Source of the DNA: Raphidiopsis brookii D9
GTDB taxonomy: Bacteria > Cyanobacteriota > Cyanobacteriia > Cyanobacteriales > Nostocaceae
Direction: 5' to 3'
Length of the DNA stretch: 32,000 nt
Assembly (NCBI GenBank): GCA_000175855.1
Contig: ACYB01000035.1
Span: 150,001 to 182,000 of the forward strand
In this document: piece after piece, positions 9,985-19,531 of the stretch
Layout: every line of letters starts with the position of its first letter
How positions within the stretch are numbered: the first letter of the stretch is position 1
Notes under the pieces: generated by a model
The model's database searches: none
Told to the model about the DNA's origin: nothing
The model's input: only the letters and a program-made list of their open reading frames with translations
Translations under genes and position numbers: made by a program

Positions 9985-10512
9985 ATGTTCCATTCTATCC
10001 TTCAACAAAATCTAACACAAAAGAAAATTAGTCGAGTCAGCTTTTTTGCTGACTTTCTCTTAGCAGGAATGGTATTGGGTCCATCCTTAGCTCCTTTTTT
10101 GGCTGCATCTAATGTATTTGTACTACAAATTATCAGCAATATAATTTATTTCATAGGTGACCATGTTTGTCCTCAACCTGAAACTGGTTTGGAATTAGCA
10201 CCTCCTTACATTATGTCAGTTTGTATGCGGTGTTATGGAACAGTTACGGGACTATTAATAACACGTGTTTTATATGGTCTAACTCAGGGACGAGGGGTTT
10301 TTTGGTTACACCAGTATGGTTGGATGGGTGCATCCGTGGCCACGATTTTGATGACAGCTTATCCTTGGGAGTTAGCTGCTGAGGTTTTTGGTTTGTGGGA
10401 GTTTAATAATTATGTTGTTACTCCCTTTGGTTTGGTTACCGGTTTGGCCTGGGGGTTGTTTGCTATGCCACTTTTACATTCTAGTAAGAAAACTTTTGAA
10501 TCTAAATACTAG
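9985..10512 (+). CDS. DUF2085-like integral membrane protein
   Basis: 175 aa multi-helix hydrophobic protein with CPQP and MCMRCYG motifs, recognised as DUF2085-type. Confidence 0.75.
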   Translation: MFHSILQQNLTQKKISRVSFFADFLLAGMVLGPSLAPFLAASNVFVLQIISNIIYFIGDHVCPQPETGLELAPPYIMSVCMRCYGTVTGLLITRVLYGLTQGRGVFWLHQYGWMGASVATILMTAYPWELAAEVFGLWEFNNYVVTPFGLVTGLAWGLFAMPLLHSSKKTFESKY

Positions 10513-10525
10513 TCAACAACTTTTA

Positions 10526-10819
10526 CTACTCTACCTTCACGCCTCTCCAAAACGCCACATATCCTTCGATATGCTTGGCTTTGTCCTTAGTTGCTGGGTA
10601 GTACCAGGCGGCATCTTTATTTACCTGACCGTCAACTTGGATGTTGTAGTAACTGGCAACACCTTTCCAAGGACAGGTGGTATGGGTGTTGCTTTCCTGA
10701 AAATACTGACGGTTGATGGCATCCGGTGGGAAATAATAATTACCTTCCACTACTTGACCTTTGTCGCTTTCGGCTAAAACGGCTCCGTTCCATAAGGCTT
10801 TTGGCACTGTTGACTCCAC
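10526..10819 (-). CDS. DUF427 domain-containing protein
   Basis: 97 aa; PKALWNGAVLAESD...VVEGNYYFPPDAINRQYF...CPWKGVASYYNI...WYYPATKDKAKHIEGYVAFW. Confidence 0.88.
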   Translation of the reverse strand: MESTVPKALWNGAVLAESDKGQVVEGNYYFPPDAINRQYFQESNTHTTCPWKGVASYYNIQVDGQVNKDAAWYYPATKDKAKHIEGYVAFWRGVKVE

Positions 10820-11115
10820 TTAAAAACTAGACTCAATATTCTATATCTTACCCGATAGCTTGCAAATAGCAACCTGTCCTTGAGGTAATCAACTTACGTT
10901 GCGGAGTCGGGCTTTTACTATAACATGGCTTGTGTAGGGGGGTTTTATTAATTATGGTGTATGTGAATTTGTTTGAAATGAAAATGAGGGTGAGAATGTC
11001 GATGAGAAGTGTGATCACATCGGCTTATTGCCAAGGTCTACCGGGCCTATATCAAACCTACGAGAATAGCGATCGCTCCCAGTAAGGAATGACTAATAAT
11101 AATACTATACAAATT

Positions 11116-11918
11116 ACCAAACTTGGCGTACTTTGCCATCGGCGGGATTAATTTGAATCCGTCCAATACGTCCATTGCGATCACTTTCACTATGTCCAGC
11201 AAAAAAGAAAAATGTGCCAACCTTGACTATCTTGTAATTTCTCTTCTAACTGTTTGCGTGTAGGTTTTCTAAGGATATGGGGATCACCACCATGTTGTTC
11301 CAAACTTTTAATAAAATTGATTTCTTGTGCAAAATCAAGTTTTTCATCACCAAATACCACCAATATCCGAGCAGTTGCTTTTAATTGTGGGGTTTGCTTT
11401 TGCGTCAATCGTTTAAAATTAGTCGCACTAATAGCAACTTCTACACCACTGCTAGTATACCCTGCCAAAGTATCCCATTCTTGCCAAGGAAGACCCCGCA
11501 ATTGTCGATCTTCTGTCTGTACAATAATCTGAACTTCATCTTTTTGAGTTATTTTCTCCCGGAATTTTTCTAAAACCAAACTCACACAGGGATCTGGTTT
11601 TCCATTTTCATCAACCCAACCATCCCTACCTAACCATTTGTTTAATTCTGCTTTGAGAGAATTAGTCATTTCGGTGAGATTAATTACCCCAGAAGTCCGA
11701 TTTTCCCCTTTTTTTGGAACTTTTCTATCTCCTTGCAATCCAATATAATCTTGCCAATCTTTAAACTTATTTGATAAAGATTGCGGGAGAGGAGAAAGAA
11801 AAGAAACCAATTCTTCTATTTGTCCATGTTGATCATAAATAGCAAGGGTGACAGGTAAAACTTCAGTATTATTCAGTTGCACCCTACCACCAATTTTAAA
11901 GGAGATTTTCCAAGTCAT
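11116..11918 (-). pseudogene. CHAT-domain protein, frameshifted and C-terminally truncated
   Basis: Track ORF 11190..11918 ends in WHIFLFCWT*. The adjacent frame continues as FAGHSESDRNGRIGRIQINPADGKVRQVW*. Removing one T from the T-run would restore WHIFFFAGHSESDRNGRIG, the CHAT histidine motif. The rest of the caspase-like domain (catalytic Cys half) is missing. Confidence 0.75.
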
Positions 11919-11966
11919 AGAAACTCATTTTTCAGAGGATGTTTTAAAACTTTTAAAAGGCATTTG

Positions 11967-12081
11967 GCGAATATAATTCGCTACTACACAAACGAAGTCC
12001 ACCTGCGTGGACTAATCAAAAATCAATGATTTTTAACCTGAGTAGGAAGGTTTTGCCTGTGTAGACGCGATTTCCAATCGC
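11967..12081. repeat. Cluster of short foldback repeats (MITE-like/dispersed cyanobacterial repeat)
   Basis: Three perfect hairpins: GCGAATATAATTCGC (11967-11981), GTCCACCTGCGTGGAC (11997-12012), GCGATTTCCAATCGC (12067-12081). Confidence 0.7.
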
Positions 12082-12086
12082 CTTTA

Positions 12087-12749
12087 CTAAGCAATGAAAT
12101 ATTCTCTAACAAAGGTTTCTCCTAACCGTAATTCTACCCAAAATTCCTCACCTGGATATAATTCTAGCGGTATAGATATCAAATCTGCAGGTTGATCAAC
12201 TGTTTCTGTATAAATATCAGATTCGTCTGGTACACTCACCTGCATACCCATAGATAAAAAAGTATTTTCACTCTGGACAATGACTCTCACAGTAACTAAT
12301 TCCTCACTGTTTTGAGAAACGGAAAGCTGCATTTTAAATATTTGTCCTGCTAGGGGAATATCTTTTTTGCAGGTGGCATTTTTCAGATCCCGCATTGATG
12401 GTTGCCAATCTCCCTCATAAATATTATTCAACCAATTTATTAAATAAGTAATTTTTTTTTCAGCAAATTCTAGGGATAAATCATCAATTGCTGGTGTTTG
12501 TGCTCGTAAAGATGTTTCTTTTTCGGATAAATAATCAATTAAATCATCCATAGATTGTAAATCGGTGATTTTTAATTGTTCATTAGCAGTTTGAGTATCA
12601 AAATCAGGTAGAAAACCTATTAACATGGCTTCTTTTTCTGAATCAGCAATTTCTATAAATAAATAGCCGATGTGATTACTAACAATATCAGATGGTAAAA
12701 TGAATTTTTCCTGATCTTTTGTAATAACACAACATTCTAAATTACCCAA
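12087..12749 (-). CDS. DUF1822 family protein
   Basis: 220 aa; FILPSDIVSNHIGYLFIEI...EATLIGFLPDF-like EAMLIGFLPDF...QPASLIN-type pattern (LTYLINWLNNIYEGDWQ), ending in FVREYFIA; start called at TTG with an open upstream frame. Confidence 0.65.
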   Translation of the reverse strand: MGNLECCVITKDQEKFILPSDIVSNHIGYLFIEIADSEKEAMLIGFLPDFDTQTANEQLKITDLQSMDDLIDYLSEKETSLRAQTPAIDDLSLEFAEKKITYLINWLNNIYEGDWQPSMRDLKNATCKKDIPLAGQIFKMQLSVSQNSEELVTVRVIVQSENTFLSMGMQVSVPDESDIYTETVDQPADLISIPLELYPGEEFWVELRLGETFVREYFIA

Positions 12750-12793
12750 TCCTGATAATTCTAATTCGTTAGCTTCACTCCATAAACGTTGAA

Positions 12794-13039
12794 TTACATT
12801 CCATGATCTGGATCATATTCCTCACATAATGTTTTACTGGATAAATTAAGCATAGTTTTTTGTAATGCTTCTTCATAAATATCCTTGTTGTTATCATTCC
12901 CTGCTGCTGGCCTCCAAATACGTCTTGATTTGAGAAGCGATCGCAGTAAACTGTTAATTGCTTTACGATGCTGGGGGGTGTTTTTGGGGTACTTGCAAGC
13001 TTCCATGACGAGGATTTGCAGGTGGAGGTTTAGATCATC
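12794..13039 (-). pseudogene. N-terminal fragment of a cyanobacterial sigma-70-like factor
   Basis: MDDLNLHLQILVMEACKYPKNTPQHRKAINSLLRSLLKSRRIWR...YEEALQKTMLNLSSKTLCEEYDPDHGM*. This resembles the start of sigma-like proteins commonly placed upstream of DUF1822/CHAT genes; all downstream sigma regions are absent. Confidence 0.55.
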
Positions 13040-13227
13040 CATACAATTATGACGTTTTAGTAAGAACATCATTAAGTATAGAATAATCTCTACTATTATT
13101 TATACGAAAAATAATTAACTCCTGTTGCAAATATTTGTTTATATTTATTTATGGTTTTTTGGAGGGCGATCGCTGCAATCGCCCTGATCAGATATAATAA
13201 TACCAATACTATCAACAAGTCTTGACT

Positions 13228-13458
13228 ATGCAGATTAGTGAAGAAATTACAATCAAAGTGAGTCCTAACGTTGCTCAAGCCTATCAAAAAGCAACGGAAC
13301 GGAAAAAGCAATCTTTGGTAACGCTGGTTAGTTTATTTTTACAAGAGGATCTGAATCAGGAAGTTGATTTTCTTGGTAAATTGATGGATGAGATTAGCGA
13401 TAGAGCAGTTTCCAGAGGCTTAACACCAGAAATTTTGGAGACTATTCTGAATGAATAA
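13228..13458 (+). CDS. Small antitoxin-like protein
   Basis: MQISEEITIKVSPNVAQAYQKATERKKQSLVTLVSLFLQEDLNQEVDFLGKLMDEISDRAVSRGLTPEILETILNE. Size and composition fit a cyanobacterial VapB/Phd-like antitoxin; no toxin gene is recognisable downstream. Confidence 0.45.
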   Translation: MQISEEITIKVSPNVAQAYQKATERKKQSLVTLVSLFLQEDLNQEVDFLGKLMDEISDRAVSRGLTPEILETILNE

Positions 13459-13741
13459 TCTCTCTAAATATGTCACTGATTACCTTGTATTTAAAAGTTT
13501 GCAAACCTTTACAGAGATATGGTTTTCAGCTTTTATGGTTTAAATTTATCGGCATTAAATTTTGGTGATTTTAGTTGTGACCATAAAAGAGACGCAAGAG
13601 CCATATATGCTAACCATCCAAACCAAGATATGAGACTTAGAATAATGTTTTTTATTCCTCGCATATTTCTATTATTATTCTTCTTACAGTGGTTGACTAA
13701 TCAATCTCTTTATTAATCAATTGAATGATTGAAAATACGAA

Positions 13742-14272
13742 TTAACTAATGAGCTTAATATTTGACCAATTTGTATTTTTCTCAATATTTTTAGTCAAAG
13801 AAGCATTTTCAAGAACTGCCCCTTCAAAAACTACATTTGTTAGATCACATTCATCAAAAGATGAACCACCCAAATTTGCATTCTTGAAGCTTGTGCCATT
13901 GAGTTGACAATCATAAAATTCAGCACTACCAAGATTGGCATTATCAAATGTAACATCCTCATTTTTAATTCTATAAAACTCAGTTTTTCCCAGGTTGGCT
14001 TTTTCAAAATTTATGTTCATAAACACAGAATCTTTGAACACAGAACCATACAAGTCGCATTGGTAAAAGCAGCATTTTATAAACACACTATTATGTGCAT
14101 TAATTCCAGACAATTTGCAATTACTAAAATCAAAATTTTCTATTTTTAGATTAGAGAAATCAGCAAATTCTCCTTCATTTCCACAGGATTCTAAATAACG
14201 AAGATGGTTATTAATTTTATTCTGTAGAAGCTGATGATCAATTGTTTCAGTTAATTCTATAAGTTCTAACAT
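13742..14272 (-). CDS. Pentapeptide-repeat protein
   Basis: 176 aa with five-residue periodicity: FSNCKLSGINAHNSVFIKCCFYQCDLYGSVFKDSVFMNINFEKANLGKTEF...FKNANLGGSSFDECDLTNVVFEGAVLENASL. Confidence 0.85.
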   Translation of the reverse strand: MLELIELTETIDHQLLQNKINNHLRYLESCGNEGEFADFSNLKIENFDFSNCKLSGINAHNSVFIKCCFYQCDLYGSVFKDSVFMNINFEKANLGKTEFYRIKNEDVTFDNANLGSAEFYDCQLNGTSFKNANLGGSSFDECDLTNVVFEGAVLENASLTKNIEKNTNWSNIKLIS

Positions 14273-14291
14273 TATATTATGTACCTCTGTG

Positions 14292-14572
14292 CTAAGGACG
14301 AATTACAACTTCAACAATACGATTAAGCTCATTCGGTGTCAACTCTTGATTAAGTCGTTGCCATAATGCTTGATGGTCAGTCGGATTCATGTATGAGCTA
14401 TCGAGAATAACTTTTCTGAGTACAGGCTGATTGGTATTTCCGTTTAGAAAAGTACCCGGAGGTGTTTTAGTACCATCAGAAAGTAACTGAGTCTTATCTC
14501 GCAATTCCTTTTTAATTGCGGTAACAGCATCTTTTGGATCAAATTTCCATGACTCACCAGGAGCAGGAGAAG

Positions 14573-14573
<1 letters not shown>
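14292..14573 (-). pseudogene. C-terminal fragment of a larger protein (possible polymorphic-toxin tail), truncated at the 23S fragment
   Basis: The frame extends upstream of the tracked ORF as TSPAPGESWKFDPKDAVTAIKKELRDKTQLLSDGTKTPPGTFLNGNTNQPVLRKVILDSSYMNPTDHQALWQRLNQELTPNELNRIVEVVIRP*. It meets a stop at 14576-14574, inside the 23S-like sequence, and there is no good start codon. Confidence 0.5.
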
Positions 14574-14850
<277 letters not shown>

Positions 14851-14868
14851 GTATGTCACTGGTTCTTT

Positions 14869-16025
14869 CTAACTAATACGACAACCTGCACAAATAGTTG
14901 ATATTAATCGTGGAACAATGCCATCATCACAAACAGTAATAAAATCAGCTCGTTTACCAACTTCTAAACTACCTCGATCATGAAATAAATCAATTGCTTG
15001 TGCAGGATTACTGGTAAATAGTTCCATAGACCGATATAGTGGTTTATCAGTCTTTTTGGCAATGATAAACATGGCTTGTAATAAACTTTGAGGTACATAA
15101 TCGGAAGAAATGACATCCACCAGGTCTAATAAGACTAAATCCATGGCCGATACATTCCCAGAATGAGAACCACCTAAAACTAGGTTGGGGCACCCATTAA
15201 AACCTTTAATCCTAAACTGTGAGCTTTACTTGCAGCTTCTACAGTGGTGGGAAACTCCGCTAAAACTACTCCATCTTCTACCGCTTCTTGGACATGGTCT
15301 ACTGTAGCATCGTCATGACTAGCTAGGGCAATTTTTCTTTCCCTAGCTAATTCAACTAGAGAATGACGGTTCTTTTTGCTATATAACTTGTGCCTTTCTT
15401 GTCGTGTTGTGATAAACTCCTCCATTTCTTGTGCTGTTACTCCATGTTTACCCATGTAGTATTCTTTGAATTTTTCTAGTTTGATAAATTGTCGCTGTCC
15501 CGGTGTATGATCCATAAGGGAGATCATTAACAGTAAAGAGTTGTGAACATATTCCTGGGTAATTTGATCAACTTCTGGATAGGCTAATTCACAGCGTAAG
15601 TGAATATAATGGTCCACTAAAAATCTCCTATCTGCTTTCCCTTGGCAAAGGACATTGATCATCTGACTATAGTTCTTTAAACGTGGTGATTTAGGATTAA
15701 CATCACCAATGGCAATGGCATCACAAACTGTGGTTATTCCTGCACTAGCTAAGTCTCGGTCATGATAGATAGCTGCTGCTTCTAAAGGCCAGCGAATTCC
15801 TGGACGAGGAGACATACATCTTTCTAAATTGTCTGTATGTAGTTCAATCAACCCTGGTATGAGATATTTCCCTTCTCCGTTCTCTCCTTTTTTTGTTATC
15901 CCCGGTTGAATATCAGCAATCTTACCATTGCGTACTACAAGAGTACCTAAAATCTCTTCGTTAGGAAGTAATAACCGATAGTTGGTATAAATCTGCTCAT
16001 TCATGGACAAATAACTCCCTATCAA
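14869..16025 (-). pseudogene. phnM: PhnM, alpha-D-ribose 1-methylphosphonate 5-triphosphate diphosphatase, with an apparent single-base frameshift
   Basis: ORF 15180..16025 ends GLKVLMGAPT*. Shifting one base near 15180 gives NLVLGGSHSGNVSAMDLVLLDLVDVISSDYVPQ, continuing in ORF 14869..15144 to ICAGCRIS*. Contains LIPGLIELHTDNLERCMSPRPG and IALASHDDATVDHV. Confidence 0.85.
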
Positions 16026-16740
16026 AAAGTTTTTTGGCTGTGTTTGTGCTGAGGTTTTTCCCTTGATCTATGTTATGGAAAATGCCAATTAGGGCGCACC
16101 CTTTAATCTTGCGCTCTTCTAACAGTTCCATAACTATTTGGCAATTGTGAGTGTCTAAAGCTGAGGTTGGTTCATCTAAAAGCAAAATAGGAAAGTTCAC
16201 TACTAATGCTCTAGCTATATTTACTCTCTGCTTTTCTCCCCCAGAAAATGTGGTGGGGGATAATTGCCATAACCGTTCAGGTAAATGAAGACGGTGAAAT
16301 AATTCTTTTACCTTTGCTAAAGCTACCTTACGTTCCTCACCTAAATCTAATAACAGTTCCGCAGCTACTTCTATGGCGGGGACTCGGGGAATAACCCGCA
16401 AAAACTGACTGACATATCCAATGGTTTTTTGCCTCACTGCTAAAAGTTCATGGGGAGCAAGTTGACACAGATCAATCCAATTTCCCTCGTGTTTAACCCA
16501 AACCTCTCCATTATTAGGTCTGTAATTACCATATATACATCTGATTAAAGTGGATTTACCAGAACCAGATGCACCCGATAGAACTAGGGATTCACCCTGA
16601 TTTAATTGAAAGGAAACTCCCTGGATTATTGGTAAACTAACCCCTCCCTGTTGGTGAAGGATAAAGCTTTTGCTTAAATTGGCAACTTGTAAAATGGTTT
16701 CCGGAGAGCGATAATTCATTGATGGGGTGTAAATACTCAT
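15997..16740 (-). CDS. phnL: C-P lyase system ABC-type ATPase PhnL
   Basis: 247 aa; Walker A SGASGSGKSTLIRCIYGNY, signature TFSGGEKQRVNIARAL, LLLDEPTSALD; lies between phnK and phnM. Confidence 0.93.
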   Translation of the reverse strand: MSIYTPSMNYRSPETILQVANLSKSFILHQQGGVSLPIIQGVSFQLNQGESLVLSGASGSGKSTLIRCIYGNYRPNNGEVWVKHEGNWIDLCQLAPHELLAVRQKTIGYVSQFLRVIPRVPAIEVAAELLLDLGEERKVALAKVKELFHRLHLPERLWQLSPTTFSGGEKQRVNIARALVVNFPILLLDEPTSALDTHNCQIVMELLEERKIKGCALIGIFHNIDQGKNLSTNTAKKLFDRELFVHE

Positions 16741-17516
16741 GGTGTAAGAGCAGCACTCACTAATAGTTGGGTGTAGGGATGCTGAGGGTCATCTAACACT
16801 TGATCTGTTAATCCTGACTCCACTACTTTTCCTTGTTGCATTACTAGCAACCGATGAGCTAGTAGTCTGACTACCCCAATGTCATGAGTCACTAAAATTA
16901 CACTAAGATTAAAATTTCTAACGAGCGATCGCAACAGATCTAGCAATCGAGCTTGAACTGAAACATCTAGTCCACCGGTTGGCTCATCCATAAGAATCAA
17001 CTGTGGTCTAGTTACTAATACTCTAGCCAATTGTAATCTTTGCTGCATACCACCTGAAAAAGTGGTGGGTAGATCATCCAAACGCTCTGGATCAATCTCC
17101 ACTTCTTGTAACCAGCGAGTCGCTTCCTGACGGATTTGACCATAATTACGCATGCCAATATCCAAAAGTCTTTCACCAATATTAGCTCCAGCACTTACCT
17201 GCATACGTAAACCATCTCGGGGATTTTGCTGAACAAAACCCCACTCAGTACGCATTAACCATCGGCGCTGATGTTCCGCAAGTTCCTGAATTTTTAAGTA
17301 TTGCTCCTGACGATTTTTATAAATTATACTACCTTCATCTACAGTAATATAATGGGCGATCGCCTTGAGCAAAGTAGATTTACCGGAGCCTGACTCTCCC
17401 ACAATGCCTAGAACCTGTCCTGAGTAAAGATCAAAAGAAATACCATCACAAGCGGGAATCACCCCGAAGGATTTACTAAGATGGTCTACCTGTAATATGG
17501 GTTGTATAGATTGCAT
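16737..17516 (-). CDS. phnK: C-P lyase system ABC-type ATPase PhnK
   Basis: 259 aa; GVIPACDGISFDLYSGQVLGIVGESGSGKSTLLKAI, VQQNPRDGLRMQVSAGANIGERLL, TFSGGMQQRLQLARVL. Confidence 0.95.
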   Translation of the reverse strand: MQSIQPILQVDHLSKSFGVIPACDGISFDLYSGQVLGIVGESGSGKSTLLKAIAHYITVDEGSIIYKNRQEQYLKIQELAEHQRRWLMRTEWGFVQQNPRDGLRMQVSAGANIGERLLDIGMRNYGQIRQEATRWLQEVEIDPERLDDLPTTFSGGMQQRLQLARVLVTRPQLILMDEPTGGLDVSVQARLLDLLRSLVRNFNLSVILVTHDIGVVRLLAHRLLVMQQGKVVESGLTDQVLDDPQHPYTQLLVSAALTP

Positions 17517-17522
17517 ACCTGA

Positions 17523-18395
17523 TTATTTTTTCCTCCGTTGCTGCTGACAGTAATCCGTATCCGAACAGATCCACATTCTGCCTCCACGATCATCAATAAG
17601 TACCTCATCTAGAAAACTTTCCGTAGAACCACATAATTCACAAGGGTGGTTCCAATGCTCCACCCTGAAGGGGTAATCTTCAAAATCAAGACTTTTTACC
17701 CTAGTGTAAGGAGGCACAGCATAAATACGCTTCTCTCGACCTGCTCCAAATAATTGAAGTGCGGGATTAAGATGCATTTTAGGATTATCAAAACGTGGTA
17801 TAGGGCTAGGACTCATTAGATAGCGGTTTTCCACTATTACAGGATAGTCATAGCCAGTAGCAATATGACCATATTTAGTAATATCCTCATATAGCTTTAT
17901 ATACATTGGTCCATACTCTTCCAAAGCGTGCATTTTACAACTTTCCACAGTAGAAGGTTCCAACCAGCGTAAAGGTTCAGGAATGGGGACTTGATAAACC
18001 AGAATTTGTCCTTCCCGTAGGGGGGTTTCGGGGATACGATGACGAGTTTGAATTAAGGTAGCTCGTCCAGTTTCCTCCGTAGTTTCCACAGCACAAACCC
18101 TGCGGAAAAAGCGTCGAATATTTACAGCATTAGTGGTGTCATCTGCTCCCTGGTCAATCACCTTGAGAACATCATTTTGACCAATAATAGCGGCCGTAAT
18201 TTGAATTCCGCCAGTTCCCCATCCGTAGGACATAGGCATTTCTCTAGAAGAGAAAGGGATTTGATGTCCTGGAATAGCTACTGCTTTGAGTAGAGCCCGA
18301 CGAATGGAACGTTTAGTTTGTTCATCAAGGTAGGCAAAGTTAAAACCTGGATTAGAACCTGAATTAAAATGTGGGTGTTTGCTTGATACTGACAT
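17523..18395 (-). CDS. phnJ: Carbon-phosphorus lyase catalytic subunit PhnJ
   Basis: 290 aa; FAYLDEQTKRSIRRALLKAVAIPGHQIPF.SREMPMSYGWGTGG and the cysteine cluster CELCGSTESFLDEV...MWICSDTDYC. Confidence 0.97.
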   Translation of the reverse strand: MSVSSKHPHFNSGSNPGFNFAYLDEQTKRSIRRALLKAVAIPGHQIPFSSREMPMSYGWGTGGIQITAAIIGQNDVLKVIDQGADDTTNAVNIRRFFRRVCAVETTEETGRATLIQTRHRIPETPLREGQILVYQVPIPEPLRWLEPSTVESCKMHALEEYGPMYIKLYEDITKYGHIATGYDYPVIVENRYLMSPSPIPRFDNPKMHLNPALQLFGAGREKRIYAVPPYTRVKSLDFEDYPFRVEHWNHPCELCGSTESFLDEVLIDDRGGRMWICSDTDYCQQQRRKK

Positions 18396-19474
18396 TATGG
18401 GGATAAATCCTGTGATTTTTGTCGCATTTGACGAATTAGATTCAATTCCGCCTGAAAATCGATGTAGTGGGGTAATTTCAGATGCTGGACGAACCCTTGG
18501 GCCTCCACATTATCAGAATGGGAAAGAACAAACTCAATGTTTTGAGCTGGACTATCTACCGACTCCCCCAATTCGCTGGACCGCATTGCTCTGTCCACTA
18601 AAGCCATAGACATAGCCTTACGTTCATTGTATCCAAAGGTAAGTCCGTAACCACGGGTAAATTGGGGAGGTAGATGTTTACTTCCCTTAAATTGATTCAC
18701 CATCTGCACTTCCGTAATAGTAATGTCAGTAACAGAAACTTCAAAACCCAATTCTTCGGGAAATATAATTACCTCCACCTCTCCCATGCGAATTTCCCCT
18801 GCGAAGGGATGATTCTTACCGTAACCGCGCTGAGTAGAGTATGCTAAAGACAATAAAAACCCCTCATCCGCTCGTGCTAGATTTTGTAGTCTTGCATCCC
18901 TATTAGCTGGAAAATTCAAAGGTTGACGAGTCAAATCAAAAGGTGTTTGTGGTGTAGTTACTCTTGGTTCGGACTGAATTAATCCCTCTTTATCCAGAAT
19001 TTCCATAACTAGGGGAAAAGACTCTTGACTAACAATAGTTTCCGGTGGTGGAGGAACTTGATTTTCTGCCAAAAGTTTAAAATCTAATAGACGATGGATG
19101 TAATCAAAAGTGGGTCCTAAATTTTGTCCTCCGGGAATATCCTTAAAAATAGAAGAAATTCGTCTTTCTATTTGCATTGTGCTAGTGTTTAAGGGTTGGG
19201 TATAGTAGAAACGAGCTAGGGTAGTCCGATAGGCCCTAACTAAAAAAATTGCCTCCACTAGGTCGCCCCAAGATTGTTTGATAGCCAGTGCAGCCAATTC
19301 CCGGTCATATAAGCTACCTTCACACATTACCCGCTCCACAGCCAAAGTCAATTGTTGTTCAATTTGCTCACTGGTGATCTCGGTAATATTTATATCACCC
19401 CGTCGTCTGCTGTGTAGTAATTTTTCCGCATTTTCGATTGCCTGCTCGCCACCTTTAACCGCAACGTATGGCAT
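18395..19474 (-). CDS. phnI: C-P lyase core subunit PhnI
   Basis: 359 aa; MPYVAVKGGEQAIENAEKLL, LAVERVMCEGSLYDRELAALAIKQSWGDLVEAIFLVRAYRTTLARF. Confidence 0.96.
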   Translation of the reverse strand: MPYVAVKGGEQAIENAEKLLHSRRRGDINITEITSEQIEQQLTLAVERVMCEGSLYDRELAALAIKQSWGDLVEAIFLVRAYRTTLARFYYTQPLNTSTMQIERRISSIFKDIPGGQNLGPTFDYIHRLLDFKLLAENQVPPPPETIVSQESFPLVMEILDKEGLIQSEPRVTTPQTPFDLTRQPLNFPANRDARLQNLARADEGFLLSLAYSTQRGYGKNHPFAGEIRMGEVEVIIFPEELGFEVSVTDITITEVQMVNQFKGSKHLPPQFTRGYGLTFGYNERKAMSMALVDRAMRSSELGESVDSPAQNIEFVLSHSDNVEAQGFVQHLKLPHYIDFQAELNLIRQMRQKSQDLSP

Positions 19475-19531
19475 ATTTTTCCTCCCTCCAGTTCGATTGG
19501 TTTGATTGAATTACTCTGAGTTTAGTTTTGC

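Noticed and set aside
10388-10777. 129-aa plus-strand ORF overlapping the DUF2085 and DUF427 genes
   Set aside because: Out-of-frame overlap with two better supported genes; composition resembles neither family.
13519-13716. 65-aa plus-strand ORF after the antitoxin-like gene
   Set aside because: No recognisable motif, poor composition and no toxin signature; likely chance.
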